Below are positions 24,498 to 35,572 of a stretch of 64,000 bases of DNA, in pieces. Location: the NCBI GenBank assembly GCA_035363255.1, contig DAOSES010000006.1:25544-89543 (forward strand), in the 5' to 3' direction. The notes below the pieces were generated by a model that ran no database searches, had not been told where the DNA came from, and saw only the letters and a program-made list of their open reading frames with translations. Within the stretch, counting starts at the first letter, position 1. Every line of letters starts with the position of its first letter. This DNA is from Caldisericia bacterium. Its GTDB lineage: Bacteria; Caldisericota; Caldisericia; UBA6126. The translations under genes and the position numbers were made by a program.

Positions 24498-27080
24498 ATG
24501 AAGCCCCAAATTAGAAGAACTATTTGGATCATAGGCAGTAGTGTGCTGGTTTTCACATTAATGACTGTTATGTCCTGGTTTTTATTGCCAAAGTCTGTTA
24601 CAGAGCCTCCGAAGGATGTCATCAAGAAGAAGGAACCAGTTTTAGCAGAGCCGAACTTAAAAAACAATACTATTGTCTACTCAGAACACGATCAGCCAAA
24701 GTTAGAGCGAATATTTTCCAACACCAAATTGGTAGCATACGATTTTCCTCAAGCTCCTGCAACGATTCATGCTCCTTCCGATAGGGGTCAAAAATCCGAC
24801 CAACTTATCATCAGCGACCATTTGTATCGCAAAAAAATTGTTTTGAAAACCACAGGAAGCCCTAACCCGATGAAAAATTTCCCGATTTGTATCGACCTGG
24901 ACACCCAGCAATGGATTGAAGAGGCCAAGCTGTCTATGATCAGCGAAAACCTATACTTTACCGACGAAGATGGCATCACCCTGCTTCCCTTTCATATTGC
25001 ACATGGCTATGGAAACGAGGCTACCCGTATATGGCTGATTATTCCTGAGCTTCCAGCATGGACAACGCAAAAGGAAATTTATTGTTACTATAGCAGGTCT
25101 TCGGATTATCCAGGTTTTAAACAAATTCCAGGCTTCCCACTCCAGGAAAGCTATTACGGCTGGTATGTCTTAGACGAGTTAAAAGATAAGCATGTGGTGG
25201 ATTTGTCGGGAAACATGAATCCTGCGGAACTGATTATTTCTTCGTATGAATCGGGCTGGTGGGGGCACAACTTTTCCGAGAATGAATCCTATATCTTTTT
25301 CAATGATTGGCGAAAATGGTATGAGCATGAAAGAAACAAGGGAGTTTATCTTACGTTGCCTGGAAAAAACCTTCAAGCACTATCCCAAAAAGGTGCTGTG
25401 GAATTCTGGTTCAAGCCTTATTATATCACTGAGCCCATCATCCAGCATTTTATGACCGATACAGGTCAGCATATCATGATAGGTATGCTTCCCGATCGAT
25501 CCATCTTTCTCCAGTTGGGATCCCGTCAAAACCGAATCATATGGAATACTTTTATTCACCAGGGCAATTGGTATCATCTCCAGCTCAGTTGGGATTTTGC
25601 AAAAAAGCAGGCAAAGCTTTACCTTTACGGAAAAGAAGTGCCTGTAAGATCTGGGCTTTCTTCTTTTTCCTGGAACCCTCCGACAGTATTAGGAGATCTG
25701 CATTTTGGGGGCTACTATGTAGAAAGTTCAAGTTATGGTTTTTCGGGTTTCATGGAAGGATTTCGTCTCCACAAAGCACCCTTGTCTCCCGAGCAGGCCA
25801 ATCAAAACCACAAATACAACCATTTTCGCTATTATTTTCCTACCCATACCATGGAAAAAGAAGAAATTGCTCAGAGCAACAAAGAAGACCAGCTTTCTCT
25901 CGATTTTACTACGAGCAATACTCTCCCCGTGAATGAAAAGATTTCGATCAATACCATCTATGCCATGCCCATTCATTACAGCGATGCTTGGAGTGGAAAA
26001 GTTTACACTGGCAAAGAGGATTTGGTCAACATTATTCAAAATCCTGACGAATACCAGGAAGTATTTGGTATGAGCTCTCATTTCTATTCCTATGTGGGCA
26101 CGGAGGTCAGCATTCAAGAAAGTTTTCTTTTGGAATACATTGCTTTGAAAATTAATGAGCCCAAGCTTATTGAGGATATCAAGATCAGTTTTTCCTGGCT
26201 GGTGGATTGTAAGCACCCATATTACCCCTACCTTTATAGTTCCTTGTCTTGGACGGATAAAGCTCTTGCCTGGCTTTTCCCTCCTGCAAATGCCTGTGGT
26301 CCTTTTTATTCGTATAAGCTGTTGGGGGAAGCCAAGTTGAAGCTGGTGGGCATTGTGAATGGAGTTTGCTGGTATAAGCCGGAAAAACCTTTATATGTAA
26401 ATCCCCTGGCTACAATTATGCAATTGGAATACTTACCCTCCAAAGAAAAAGGAGAGCTCCATATCAAAATGGAAGACTTAATTTTTCTGGACAGTGCCAA
26501 GCAATTCCATCGATCCAAACTACATCGATCCAAACCTGAGCTTTTGTTTGAATATGAGCGAATTGATGAAGAAATCTATCATCATTTTAATTCTGAGTAT
26601 ATTGCCAAGCAGATGCCTATGGAGAAAGGATCTGTGGAGTTGACCACCAATGAGCAGAATGAACTGGTTTTAATGTTGCGCAATATTGGAACGGATCCAA
26701 TTCAGTTAAACGTGAAAAGTAGATATTATTTTCAAGAAAACCTCTTTACTCACTTGTTGATTTCAACAGAGGATCAGCAAACAATACTCGAAATTAGTTT
26801 GTTAGATTTTTACCAGTATCTGAATGATGCTCCTATCCCTGTGGGACATTACCTCTACATACCCCTTCTCTTTGAAGATGAAAGTAAAAACTATGGCGAC
26901 TTAAAAGTGACGCTTCTGCGAAAAAAAGGTTATCTTGATGATTTTGACCAACAGACAAAAATCATTTCCTGGGCATTAGACAACAAGCCTTTCGAATTTC
27001 GTTCCATCAACGAGGAAGGGATGATTTGGAAGGAAGTCCACAAAGACAGCCAGGGTCGTTTGCGCATAGGAGGAGACTAA
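24498..27080 (+). CDS. Membrane-anchored (signal-anchor) protein with a LamG/concanavalin-A-like jelly-roll domain; 860 aa.
   Basis: N-terminal TM IWIIGSSVLVFTLMTVMSWFLL. The central region (WYHLQLSWD...KLYLYGKEV...GFMEGFRLHKAPLSPEQ) matches the LamG pattern. Stop overlaps the next start (TAATGA). Confidence 0.6.
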   Translation: MKPQIRRTIWIIGSSVLVFTLMTVMSWFLLPKSVTEPPKDVIKKKEPVLAEPNLKNNTIVYSEHDQPKLERIFSNTKLVAYDFPQAPATIHAPSDRGQKSDQLIISDHLYRKKIVLKTTGSPNPMKNFPICIDLDTQQWIEEAKLSMISENLYFTDEDGITLLPFHIAHGYGNEATRIWLIIPELPAWTTQKEIYCYYSRSSDYPGFKQIPGFPLQESYYGWYVLDELKDKHVVDLSGNMNPAELIISSYESGWWGHNFSENESYIFFNDWRKWYEHERNKGVYLTLPGKNLQALSQKGAVEFWFKPYYITEPIIQHFMTDTGQHIMIGMLPDRSIFLQLGSRQNRIIWNTFIHQGNWYHLQLSWDFAKKQAKLYLYGKEVPVRSGLSSFSWNPPTVLGDLHFGGYYVESSSYGFSGFMEGFRLHKAPLSPEQANQNHKYNHFRYYFPTHTMEKEEIAQSNKEDQLSLDFTTSNTLPVNEKISINTIYAMPIHYSDAWSGKVYTGKEDLVNIIQNPDEYQEVFGMSSHFYSYVGTEVSIQESFLLEYIALKINEPKLIEDIKISFSWLVDCKHPYYPYLYSSLSWTDKALAWLFPPANACGPFYSYKLLGEAKLKLVGIVNGVCWYKPEKPLYVNPLATIMQLEYLPSKEKGELHIKMEDLIFLDSAKQFHRSKLHRSKPELLFEYERIDEEIYHHFNSEYIAKQMPMEKGSVELTTNEQNELVLMLRNIGTDPIQLNVKSRYYFQENLFTHLLISTEDQQTILEISLLDFYQYLNDAPIPVGHYLYIPLLFEDESKNYGDLKVTLLRKKGYLDDFDQQTKIISWALDNKPFEFRSINEEGMIWKEVHKDSQGRLRIGGD

Positions 27081-30000
27081 TGAAAAGTTTTGGAAAAGCT
27101 GTTTCCAGACTCTTATCCTGGATTATCGTAGCCTTGCTCTCGTTGGGGCTAGCCCTGCCTTTCGGTCCCAGGCCTGTGAAAGCTCAAAGCAGCACTCTGG
27201 CAGACCTATACCTTGATTTGCCTTTCAACTACCGTATGGAAGCCTTCAAGCCCAAGTTTAACCTTGAAGACTACCAGCTCTTTGAAAAGTTTTTTTTACA
27301 TGCGAGTTTGTTTGAAAACCGATATATTCTCAAACGTTCCTATTTTGCCAATTACAGCAAATCTTTTACCTTGATAGACAAGCGTAGTAATGATTTTTAT
27401 ACCCTCCATCTACAGATTTTAAGCTACCTGGTCTTGGAAGATAAGGATAAGATTGAATCGGGGATTCCTTTTTATTTGTCTTTTATCCAAAACTCCCAAG
27501 GGCAAGCTCTGGCCTTTATCCATCGTTCGGAAATGTATGATTTCCCCTTGTATGGCGTGCTTTGTGAAAGCGATGGAAGTTTGATCAAGGAGTGGGAGCT
27601 GTCAAAAAAACCCAATTTAAGTACGTATTCCTATTTTACTCTCTATCAAGAGCTAGCTTCAGATTTGACAAATTCTGGTATGCAGGCCTTTAACAAACCG
27701 CTCAGTGCTTTGTTTTCTGCTTGGATGTGGGGCACTTATCTGAGTGAGCAGAATATACAGACTTCCAACCCCAATCCCTATACCTGGGACTTGCTCGGAG
27801 TTCCCAAAGAGCGAGATGATTTGATGGCTTATTGCTCCGAACAATATCTCATGGAGGAAACCGTGTATTCCTGGAACGAGGATGATTCTCTGCAAGCACT
27901 ACAATGTATTCAAATCCTTTTTCAGGATAGGCGGGAGCTTAGCCAAACTACTTTCACATTTGATCGATCGTATCTTGTGCATCACCCCAATGAAACTATG
28001 GTTTATCTTCCCCTGCTTCAGGTAGTGACGCGTCAAGGTAAAGGCTCCAGTGGAGCCGCTCTATCTGGACTGAAAGATGCTCAAGGCAGGTGGAATTTTT
28101 GGATTCAAGGTAATTTTTACTTTTCAGATCAGACTTATCTGAGATCCCCATCTCTTTATCATACCTTGTTTTCTGGCTATCCTGCTTCTGATAGTTCTTA
28201 TGTGCATTATCTTACGACTCTTGGACTTGCTCTCTATCAGCAAATAGATTCTTCTTGTCTTCCTATGATAGTTTTGTCCCATGCGATTGCGCTATATGAA
28301 GCCAATACTTATAAGAATACAGCGCATACAGCTGATCTTGCGCTAGAAGAACAAACCATGGCTCCTGTTCCCCGAGGAAAACACGCTCATTTGTATCCTG
28401 ATGCTGAAGTTTTTGCAAAGCAGTTTGCTGAAAATACCGAAGTTCAGTCTGACACTCTGGAATATTCCAAAGAGGACTTGGATCAATTAGTACATTTATT
28501 CTTAAACTCAGTTAACAAGCAAGATAATGAGCTTGCATCCTATGATTTTACTCTTCACAAATCGTTTCGCCTTCTCGACCAGAAAACTAAGCAAAGCTAT
28601 CGCTTTTTGCCCAGTTTTAACCTTACGGTCAAGTTTAAAAACCATTCAAGCTTTCCTTTTTTCTCAAATTCTGCCCTTCAATTGCCCGATAAGACCTGGC
28701 TGATTTACACTGGTTATGGTAGCCTCTGTTTCAAGAGTGGTTTTGTAAGTGATTTAGCTTCATGGCCATCCATGAGTATGTATTTAAGCGAGATATATCT
28801 CTCCTACCTACTTCATTATAGTTACCTGCTTCGAAAGCCAATCACCAACGAAGAGCTGAGAGATTTTACTTTCCTCTTTGGGGCAATGTCATGGAGTAAG
28901 TTTGATCAATTGACGAGAGTCATGCCTTATCCAAGCCTAAAAAAGACAACATTATCTTCCGCCAACATGGTGGTAACTGCCAAACCCCGTAAGGTGCAAA
29001 GAGGTGCGAATTATTATATCGACATGCGACTCACTAAAAACCTGGAAAAGAGTGAATGGATCAAGATAAAGTTTCCCAAAGCTTGCGTTTTCCCCTCTCA
29101 AGAGGGCACCAAACCACCAGGAGACCATCTTCCCGAATACATGGAACTCGACTACGAAAACAACATTATAACACTTACCCTTATGAAAAAACTCTTCATA
29201 AAAGAATATGAGGATGGTTGGATACGTATTACTATTCCTGATGTTTATGGCTTCAAAAATCCTCATTTGAGTGGAGCTTATTATTTTGAGTTTTCTACCT
29301 CTGCTGAGATCGAGTGGCAAAAGTCAGACTCAGTCTTGTTTGTGGAAAGCCGTATAGGAGTGCCTGAAGGTATTCCTGAAGTTAACACTGTTCCAAGTAT
29401 CGCAGGGCAAAATGCAAGCTATACGATAGCCTTTAATGTTGGTGAGGGTGGATGGCTTAAACAAAATGAAGCCCTTATAAGGCTCAGATTTCCCAAAGAT
29501 ACGGCATTTTCCATCAATCAGATCCCTGGCGAAATGATTTTAGTTAATGGAGTCCCTTTATCTGTTCGCCCCTCTCCCAGAGGGCAAAACCTTATTTTCA
29601 ACACTCCCGTGGAAGTCGAAGATTCTGAGAGAGTGGTGATCCAGATTGATGCTAAAGCGGGAATTATCAACCCTGCGCAAGCGGGAGACTATACTATTGA
29701 AGTATCCACCCTGCCTGCAGACCCTGAGTGGGTAGCTTCCAAAGCTTTTACGATTAGTCAATCATTCGCTATGGAAGTCAAACCGAGAAAAATAGGGAGC
29801 TCTGCAAGCTATAATTTCACTTTTGAAATAGAAAAAACTCTGGAAAGCTCGGATTGGATTAAACTTGGCTTCCCTCAAGGTACCATCATTGATCCTCCCA
29901 TCCCCGAGCAAGAGCCCGAAAGGACGCTACGTTTAAAAAGATTCAATGAGATTATTGTTATTGGACTTTCTCCTTGTGGTCCTTGTCCAACTCTTCCCAA

Positions 30001-32158
30001 GATCGAGTATTATCCCGATGGCTCCATGAAAAGCATCCAGGTATATACGCCCATTAAAATAGATCCAAGTCTGCCAGGATACAATATTATAAACATAGTT
30101 TGCCCTGAGGAATGCGGATTTAAAACTCCCGCAAAGGAAGGGTTTTATGAGTATAGGGTTTCCACCCAAAGGGAGACCAAAGAAATCAGCACAAGCTTTG
30201 AAATTGTTCAAAGCCAGATAGGTGTTCCGACAGGGGTGCCTCAGGTGATGGTCGATCCTCCGAGCGTGGATGCTCAAGCAGGATACAAGGTCAATTTTAA
30301 TGTAGGTCGAGGGGGATGGTTAAAGGCTCATCGTGATTTTATCCGTTTACGCTTTCCCAAAGGCACTCTTTGGGCTGTTTCTCCCGACAAATTCAAGCCC
30401 GAGTGGATCAAAATCAACGGCAAACCCTTATCCGCCAAAGCAAATCTGAGCTCTGAAACCCTTAGCCTGTTGGTGCCCATGGATATTGAAGATTCGGAGC
30501 GGGTGTTGGTGGAAATCAGCGAAGCTCTTGGCATAACAAACCCTCCCATAGCCGGGGAATATCAAGTGGAAGTAGCTACCTCAGCAGATGCCTGGGCAAA
30601 GTCTGAAGTCTACACGATTACAGGAGAATTGGAGGAAGACAGAATAAAGATAGTGAGTTTTATGATTGATCCTCACCCTCCCTATGCTCATGTCATTAGT
30701 GACTATCAAATTAGAATTCGTTTCAGCGATACCTTGCCCCCCAAAGAAGGCGATCAAGTTCAAATTGATTTGGGCCATCAGGGTTTATTTCTCACCAAAA
30801 CCATTTCAGATCCAAAAGATATGAAGGGGCTTTCTTTGCTTTTGAGGAAAATTCCAAATCCTGACCCTGGGGAATACACTTTGAAGGTTACCCTTCTGGA
30901 AGAGAGCGCAAGCTATACTTATCGAATATTGCATCCAATTCCTACGAGCCGTATTATTCTCGAAGGAGGGAAAAAAGGTAAGAACAATTGGTGGCTTGAG
31001 CCTCCGAAGATTTCATTCGAAGTATCCGATCCTGAGGCTAAAGTGGTTTTCTGGTGGAACGATGATAAGCCAAAGCCAACCAACGTTTCTTATCAAACGC
31101 AATATCCCTTGCCCCGCGTGTTGGATGGGGGTCAATTCAAAGCCAAGCTATGGTATTATGCTTACACCGAATATGGAGAAGAGGAACCCAAGTTTGAAGA
31201 AATCTGGGTGGATACGGTTTTGCCCGAAATAGTTATCGAACAACCTTCAAGCCAAAACGTACTTACTCGAGAGAAAGAGCTTGAAATCAGTGGGCGTGAC
31301 ACCTTAGTTAAAATCTCAATCTATGGAAAAGAGGTTTTAATATACGACACCCACCTTCTCAAGATTAATGGAGTGCTTGTGGATAGAGACCCAAAAGATG
31401 GGAGCTTCTCGCATCAGCTCCTTCTCGAAGAAGGCGCAAACCTGATCCTCATTGAAGCGGAAGACGAGGCTGGCAATCGATTGACCAGAGAATACAAGGT
31501 AGAGCTGGATACCACTCCTCCTGATATTCAGATAGAGTCTCCAAAAGCTATGCAAACGGTAGTCAACCGTGAAAAGAAAGTGCTCATCAAAGGGCGTTTG
31601 GACGACCCCGGAGCAGAGCTGTTAATTCAGGGAAAGATCGTTGATATAGCCGAGGATGGGCAATTTGAGCATGCTTATATTGTCTCAACAGGGCTCAACA
31701 CAATTTCATTAATGGCAAGCGATAAGGTGGGTAACATTCAGAAAAAAGAGCTTCAATTCTGGTTTGGACATACCATTCTCATGCAAATAGGCAACAAAGA
31801 AGCCAGCAACAACGGAATTAAACAGCAACTCCTACTGGCTCCCTTTATTCAAAATGGACGCACCCTGGTGCCTTTTCGATTTATCGGAGAAGAGCTGGGA
31901 GCTAGAATCGATTTTACGTTCCATCCAACAAGCAGATTGGTTCATACAGTGTCCTACCAACTGGAAGAAGACCTGATTGTACTCACCATCGGAAGCAAGA
32001 CTGCTCAGGTGAATGGAGAAGCTGTTGGTCTGGATGTTGCACCTCAGATTATCCAAGGCACTACCGTGGTGCCCATCCGCTTTATCGCAGAAAACCTGGG
32101 TTGTGAAGTGCTTTGGTCGGTACCCGAGCAAAGGATTAGTATCAGCTATCCTAGATAG
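27079..32158 (+). CDS. Giant secreted surface protein (about 1693 aa). It carries Ig-like repeats, a C-terminal [AED(E/D)AGN...LDTxPP] module, and two Cu-amine-oxidase-N-like anchoring domains.
   Basis: Signal peptide MKSFGKAVSRLLSWIIVALLSLGLALPFGPRPVKAQS. Three diverged repeats of about 120 aa (NFNVG(R/E)GGWLK...RLRFPK). C-terminal GRTLVPFRFI and GTTVVPIRFIAENLG motifs. Confidence 0.75.
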
Positions 32159-32753
32159 ACATCATTGATTCATTTATTATAGGCATAAGGCTATTCCAGG
32201 CGAAAATTATCAGCGCAATCGTAAAAACAATACCTAGCACTTGGAGAATAAAAAAGACCATGCCTACCATGTTCCAGTTTCTTTCTCCCTGTTCGAACGA
32301 CTCATAATCCTTCCATTCGCAACGGTTCCAGGAAAGACGACGACAGTGAAAACATTGGAATAGCTTGACAGCAAAAAAGATTAGCAGTATGACCACTAAA
32401 CCAATCAGGATCATAGGAAAAAAAGAACCAAATAAAGAGCTGAAATCTGGGGTAAAATCCATGGTATCCATGGAGTTCAGACTGCTAAACATTCCAGTAA
32501 ACATGTTGATAAGAAAACCTATATACATGAAGTAAAACACAAAGAGATAAAGATAAGAACTAGCCAGTTCCATCACATAAAAATCCCAGAGATTGTGAAA
32601 AAAGTGATACAGATTGTAGGGGACAAAAGGCCCAAAAGAAAACGAGTTGATAAATTGAAGCTTATCTTCCACCTGATCCAGCTCTTTGATTTCTCTTAAA
32701 GAAAACCATTTAAAGGTAGTGCGTTCCAGATTCTTGAATTTCATTAGATCCAT
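32151..32753 (-). CDS. Hypothetical polytopic membrane protein, last gene of the YtrA-like ABC operon.
   Basis: 200 aa with 5 TM helices; co-directional and tightly spaced with the permease genes. Confidence 0.5.
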   Translation of the reverse strand: MDLMKFKNLERTTFKWFSLREIKELDQVEDKLQFINSFSFGPFVPYNLYHFFHNLWDFYVMELASSYLYLFVFYFMYIGFLINMFTGMFSSLNSMDTMDFTPDFSSLFGSFFPMILIGLVVILLIFFAVKLFQCFHCRRLSWNRCEWKDYESFEQGERNWNMVGMVFFILQVLGIVFTIALIIFAWNSLMPIINESMMSI

Positions 32754-32762
32754 GAGAACCTC

Positions 32763-33551
32763 CTAAGTAAAATCTATTTTGTTATCAATTTGCAGTAACA
32801 TTGGTAGGCATAAGAGAGTTGTCCAACCAATTAACAGAGCCACTGAGTTAAAAAAAATCAAGATATTTGTTTGATCAATAAATGCTTTTTTTATGGTGAA
32901 ATAGGGCATAAACATGATCACATCAATAAAATTGTTGTAGATAAACACAAATACTATTGCCGCAAGGACATAAAAGAGATAGTGCGACAGGAGTTTTTTG
33001 AGTTTGTTTTGTTGACTCAAAGAGATGAAGGTAAAGAAAAAAATGCCCACCGCATTGAGGAAATTTAGGCTGAGTATCATGAGTATGTGAAAATAGAAAG
33101 AAACAGAAACATAGGTCATGATTAAGCTATGAGCTGAAGGGTAGTCTTGACTAACTGGAGAAATATAGATTTTTAACAAAATCAGAGAAACAAGATATTG
33201 AAAAGTGCTATAAAAAAAGAGCTCGAGATTAAAACCAATCAGTTTAACTAATAAAACTTGTTTGCTTCTCACTGGCAAAGGACGGAAAAAAGAAAAATTT
33301 TTCAAACGGTAAATATCGTAGCTGGCAAAAAGAGCTAAAAATGTCAGAGGAAGGATATAAAGTAAACCGATCTTTGTAGTAAGAAAGCTGATATACAATT
33401 CAGTACGAAAGAAAATATCAAAGTGTTTGCAAACGGGAAGGAGGTTGAAGTAAACAAACTGAATGTTGTAAATCATCAAGAAAGGAAAAACTATGACAGA
33501 GCGCCTCAAGCGCAGTTTGAAGTCATGTTTTAGTAGTTTTGATGTGTTCAA
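32763..33551 (-). CDS. ABC-2-type membrane permease (paralogue 2 of a tandem pair).
   Basis: 262 aa with 6 TM helices; about 30 % identical to the adjacent 262-aa gene. Confidence 0.6.
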   Translation of the reverse strand: MNTSKLLKHDFKLRLRRSVIVFPFLMIYNIQFVYFNLLPVCKHFDIFFRTELYISFLTTKIGLLYILPLTFLALFASYDIYRLKNFSFFRPLPVRSKQVLLVKLIGFNLELFFYSTFQYLVSLILLKIYISPVSQDYPSAHSLIMTYVSVSFYFHILMILSLNFLNAVGIFFFTFISLSQQNKLKKLLSHYLFYVLAAIVFVFIYNNFIDVIMFMPYFTIKKAFIDQTNILIFFNSVALLIGWTTLLCLPMLLQIDNKIDFT

Positions 33552-33563
33552 TTTGTGTCCCTA

Positions 33564-34352
33564 TCAGATAAAGTCAAGTCTCTTATCGACCAACACCATG
33601 AACGGAATACTAAAAAACAAAGACCCTCCAATCAAAAATAATGCGATATAAATAGCATTGATGGGGCTTACACTCTCAATGTAGTTTTTGTAAAAAGTAC
33701 TTGAAATGAAGGAAACCATGTTGTTGAAGATATGGTTAAAAAAAAGAAGACACAGAATGGCTATACTCGTGTGAATTAGGTAAAAACCGATTTTTGATGA
33801 AGACTTGATATGATTGTTGAAAGAGAAGTAGGAATAAAAAAACAATACGATGGCATTGATCATGTTGATCGCTAAAAGGGTCAGACAATGAAACAACAAG
33901 GAAGAGGATACAAATGTTTTAAATAGGGCATGACTTTCAGGATAAGATATACTTTGAGGCAGGATGAAAGCATAAAAAAACACTAAACTTATCAGGTATT
34001 GAAGAGTGCCAAAGAAAAAAAACTCCGCATTAGCTCCTATCAGCTTTGCCCAAAGGATTCGAGTACTGGAATGGGGAATTTGTCGAAAAAACGCATAGCT
34101 TGGCAGATGATAAATGTCAACAAAAGCAAAAAAAGCTAAAATTGCTAAAGGAAGAAAGTAAACAAAACTTAGCTCGTTGATTAAGAGAGACACCCCTTCG
34201 TTTCGAGCAAAAGTGCTTGTAAGAAGCTGAGAGGCAGGAATGTAGTGAAAAAGCAATACTAGTAAGTTGTAAACAAGAACACCCGAAAGCCCTATATTTA
34301 ATCTATGAATACGCTTTCTATATTCGTATTTGATCAAGCTTAGAATGAACAT
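33564..34352 (-). CDS. ABC-2-type membrane permease (paralogue 1).
   Basis: 262 aa with 6 TM helices; placed immediately after the ABC ATPase gene. Confidence 0.6.
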   Translation of the reverse strand: MFILSLIKYEYRKRIHRLNIGLSGVLVYNLLVLLFHYIPASQLLTSTFARNEGVSLLINELSFVYFLPLAILAFFAFVDIYHLPSYAFFRQIPHSSTRILWAKLIGANAEFFFFGTLQYLISLVFFYAFILPQSISYPESHALFKTFVSSSLLFHCLTLLAINMINAIVLFFYSYFSFNNHIKSSSKIGFYLIHTSIAILCLLFFNHIFNNMVSFISSTFYKNYIESVSPINAIYIALFLIGGSLFFSIPFMVLVDKRLDFI

Positions 34353-35040
34353 ATTTTTCCCAGTATAGGTTTACAATGGACATATTTCGCTCTATGCGTA
34401 AATCTTCAGCGTTGGCTGTGAGTTCAATATGGCCTTGCCTGATAAAAATCACATCACTTAAAATATGTTCAATTTCCTCGACATGATGTGTTGAAATCAT
34501 CATGGCGCAATTATCGTGAAATGCATTGAGGATCTCAGTTAAAAACATATTGCGTGTGACGATGTCCATAGCTTCCAAGGGCTCATCCAGAAGATATATC
34601 GAAGCTCCTACTCGACATAAAACTAAGATTAGTTTTAATGATGAGATGTTTCCGCTGGAAAGTTTGGAAACCATGATTTTGGGGCTAAGATCAAATTGCC
34701 TTAATAGTTTGTTGCAATAAGCCAAATCAAAATCGGGAAAAAAATCCTTGTAAAAATCTACTGCATCAATCACCCTCATCCAGCGAGGAAAGGGATTCCC
34801 CTGTATGAAGCCAGCTATCTGCTTCATTGAAGAGTGATTTAATGGAGCTCTTTGATACAAAATTTGACCCATGCTGGGCTGTGTGTAACGCAACAGAAGC
34901 TTGAAGAGAGATGTCTTCCCGCTACCGTTGGGCCCCAACAAACCAAGCAAGGACCCTGGAAAAATAGTTAAATTTATATCTGTTAAAGCGTATTGAGTGG
35001 AGTACTTTTTATATACTTTTTTTAGCTCAATCGCGCCCAT
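34318..35040 (-). CDS. ABC transporter ATP-binding protein.
   Basis: Walker A GPNGSGKTS, signature LSSGN, Walker B IYLLDEP, H-loop. Confidence 0.85.
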   Translation of the reverse strand: MGAIELKKVYKKYSTQYALTDINLTIFPGSLLGLLGPNGSGKTSLFKLLLRYTQPSMGQILYQRAPLNHSSMKQIAGFIQGNPFPRWMRVIDAVDFYKDFFPDFDLAYCNKLLRQFDLSPKIMVSKLSSGNISSLKLILVLCRVGASIYLLDEPLEAMDIVTRNMFLTEILNAFHDNCAMMISTHHVEEIEHILSDVIFIRQGHIELTANAEDLRIERNMSIVNLYWEKYVHSKLDQIRI

Positions 35041-35407
35041 GCAGATCATCCCACTGATCTGAATATGGCTTAATAATGGTGATGAGTTCTGATTTTGAAA
35101 TACCAAGGCTTCTGAGTTCCTGGAAAAATTCGCTCAGTTTTTCTTTGTAGGCATCTTCTTTGAGGCGGTTGATAAGGTTTTTGTCGTCAGTAACATAATA
35201 ACCTACTCCACGAGCTGGAATTAAAAGCCTGTCACGTACAAGTTCAAACATAACGCGCTGAATAGTGCTGTTGGTAACGTTGTATTCGGCGGCAAGGGCT
35301 CTTACGGAAGGAGTCATGGATCCTGCTCGGTATTCTTTGCGTAAAATTTTGTACTTAATTTGATCTAAGATCTGCAAATAGATTGGCACCTTTGTGTTAA
35401 AATGCAT
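35027..35407 (-). CDS. GntR-family transcriptional regulator, short YtrA-like subtype.
   Basis: 126 aa. GntR wHTH pattern: PIYLQILDQIKYKILRKEYRAGSMTPSVRALAAEYNVTNSTIQRV. Confidence 0.8.
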   Translation of the reverse strand: MHFNTKVPIYLQILDQIKYKILRKEYRAGSMTPSVRALAAEYNVTNSTIQRVMFELVRDRLLIPARGVGYYVTDDKNLINRLKEDAYKEKLSEFFQELRSLGISKSELITIIKPYSDQWDDLHGRD

Positions 35408-35523
35408 TTTATCACCCTTTTCTTATGTTATCATAATTTTAAACTAATAATATTATAGTTAATTCATTCGTCAATACTTTCTTTAGAGTTTTTCTTAAGA
35501 ATTACCTATTTTAATTTGCCTTG

Positions 35524-35532
35524 TGGTATAAT
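35524..35532 (+). promoter_or_regulatory. Extended -10 promoter element (TGgTATAAT) for the nitronate-monooxygenase-family gene.
   Basis: tggtataat at 35524-35532, about 40 nt upstream of ATG 35573, in the divergent intergenic region shared with the GntR operon. Confidence 0.5.
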
Positions 35533-35572
35533 ACAGAAAAATTGTTTTCTCTTAATTGAGCAAGGATGCATC

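Noticed and set aside
25728-26216. 162-aa minus-strand ORF inside the LamG-domain gene.
   Set aside because: Antisense to a long, clearly coding plus-strand gene. No start context. Spurious.
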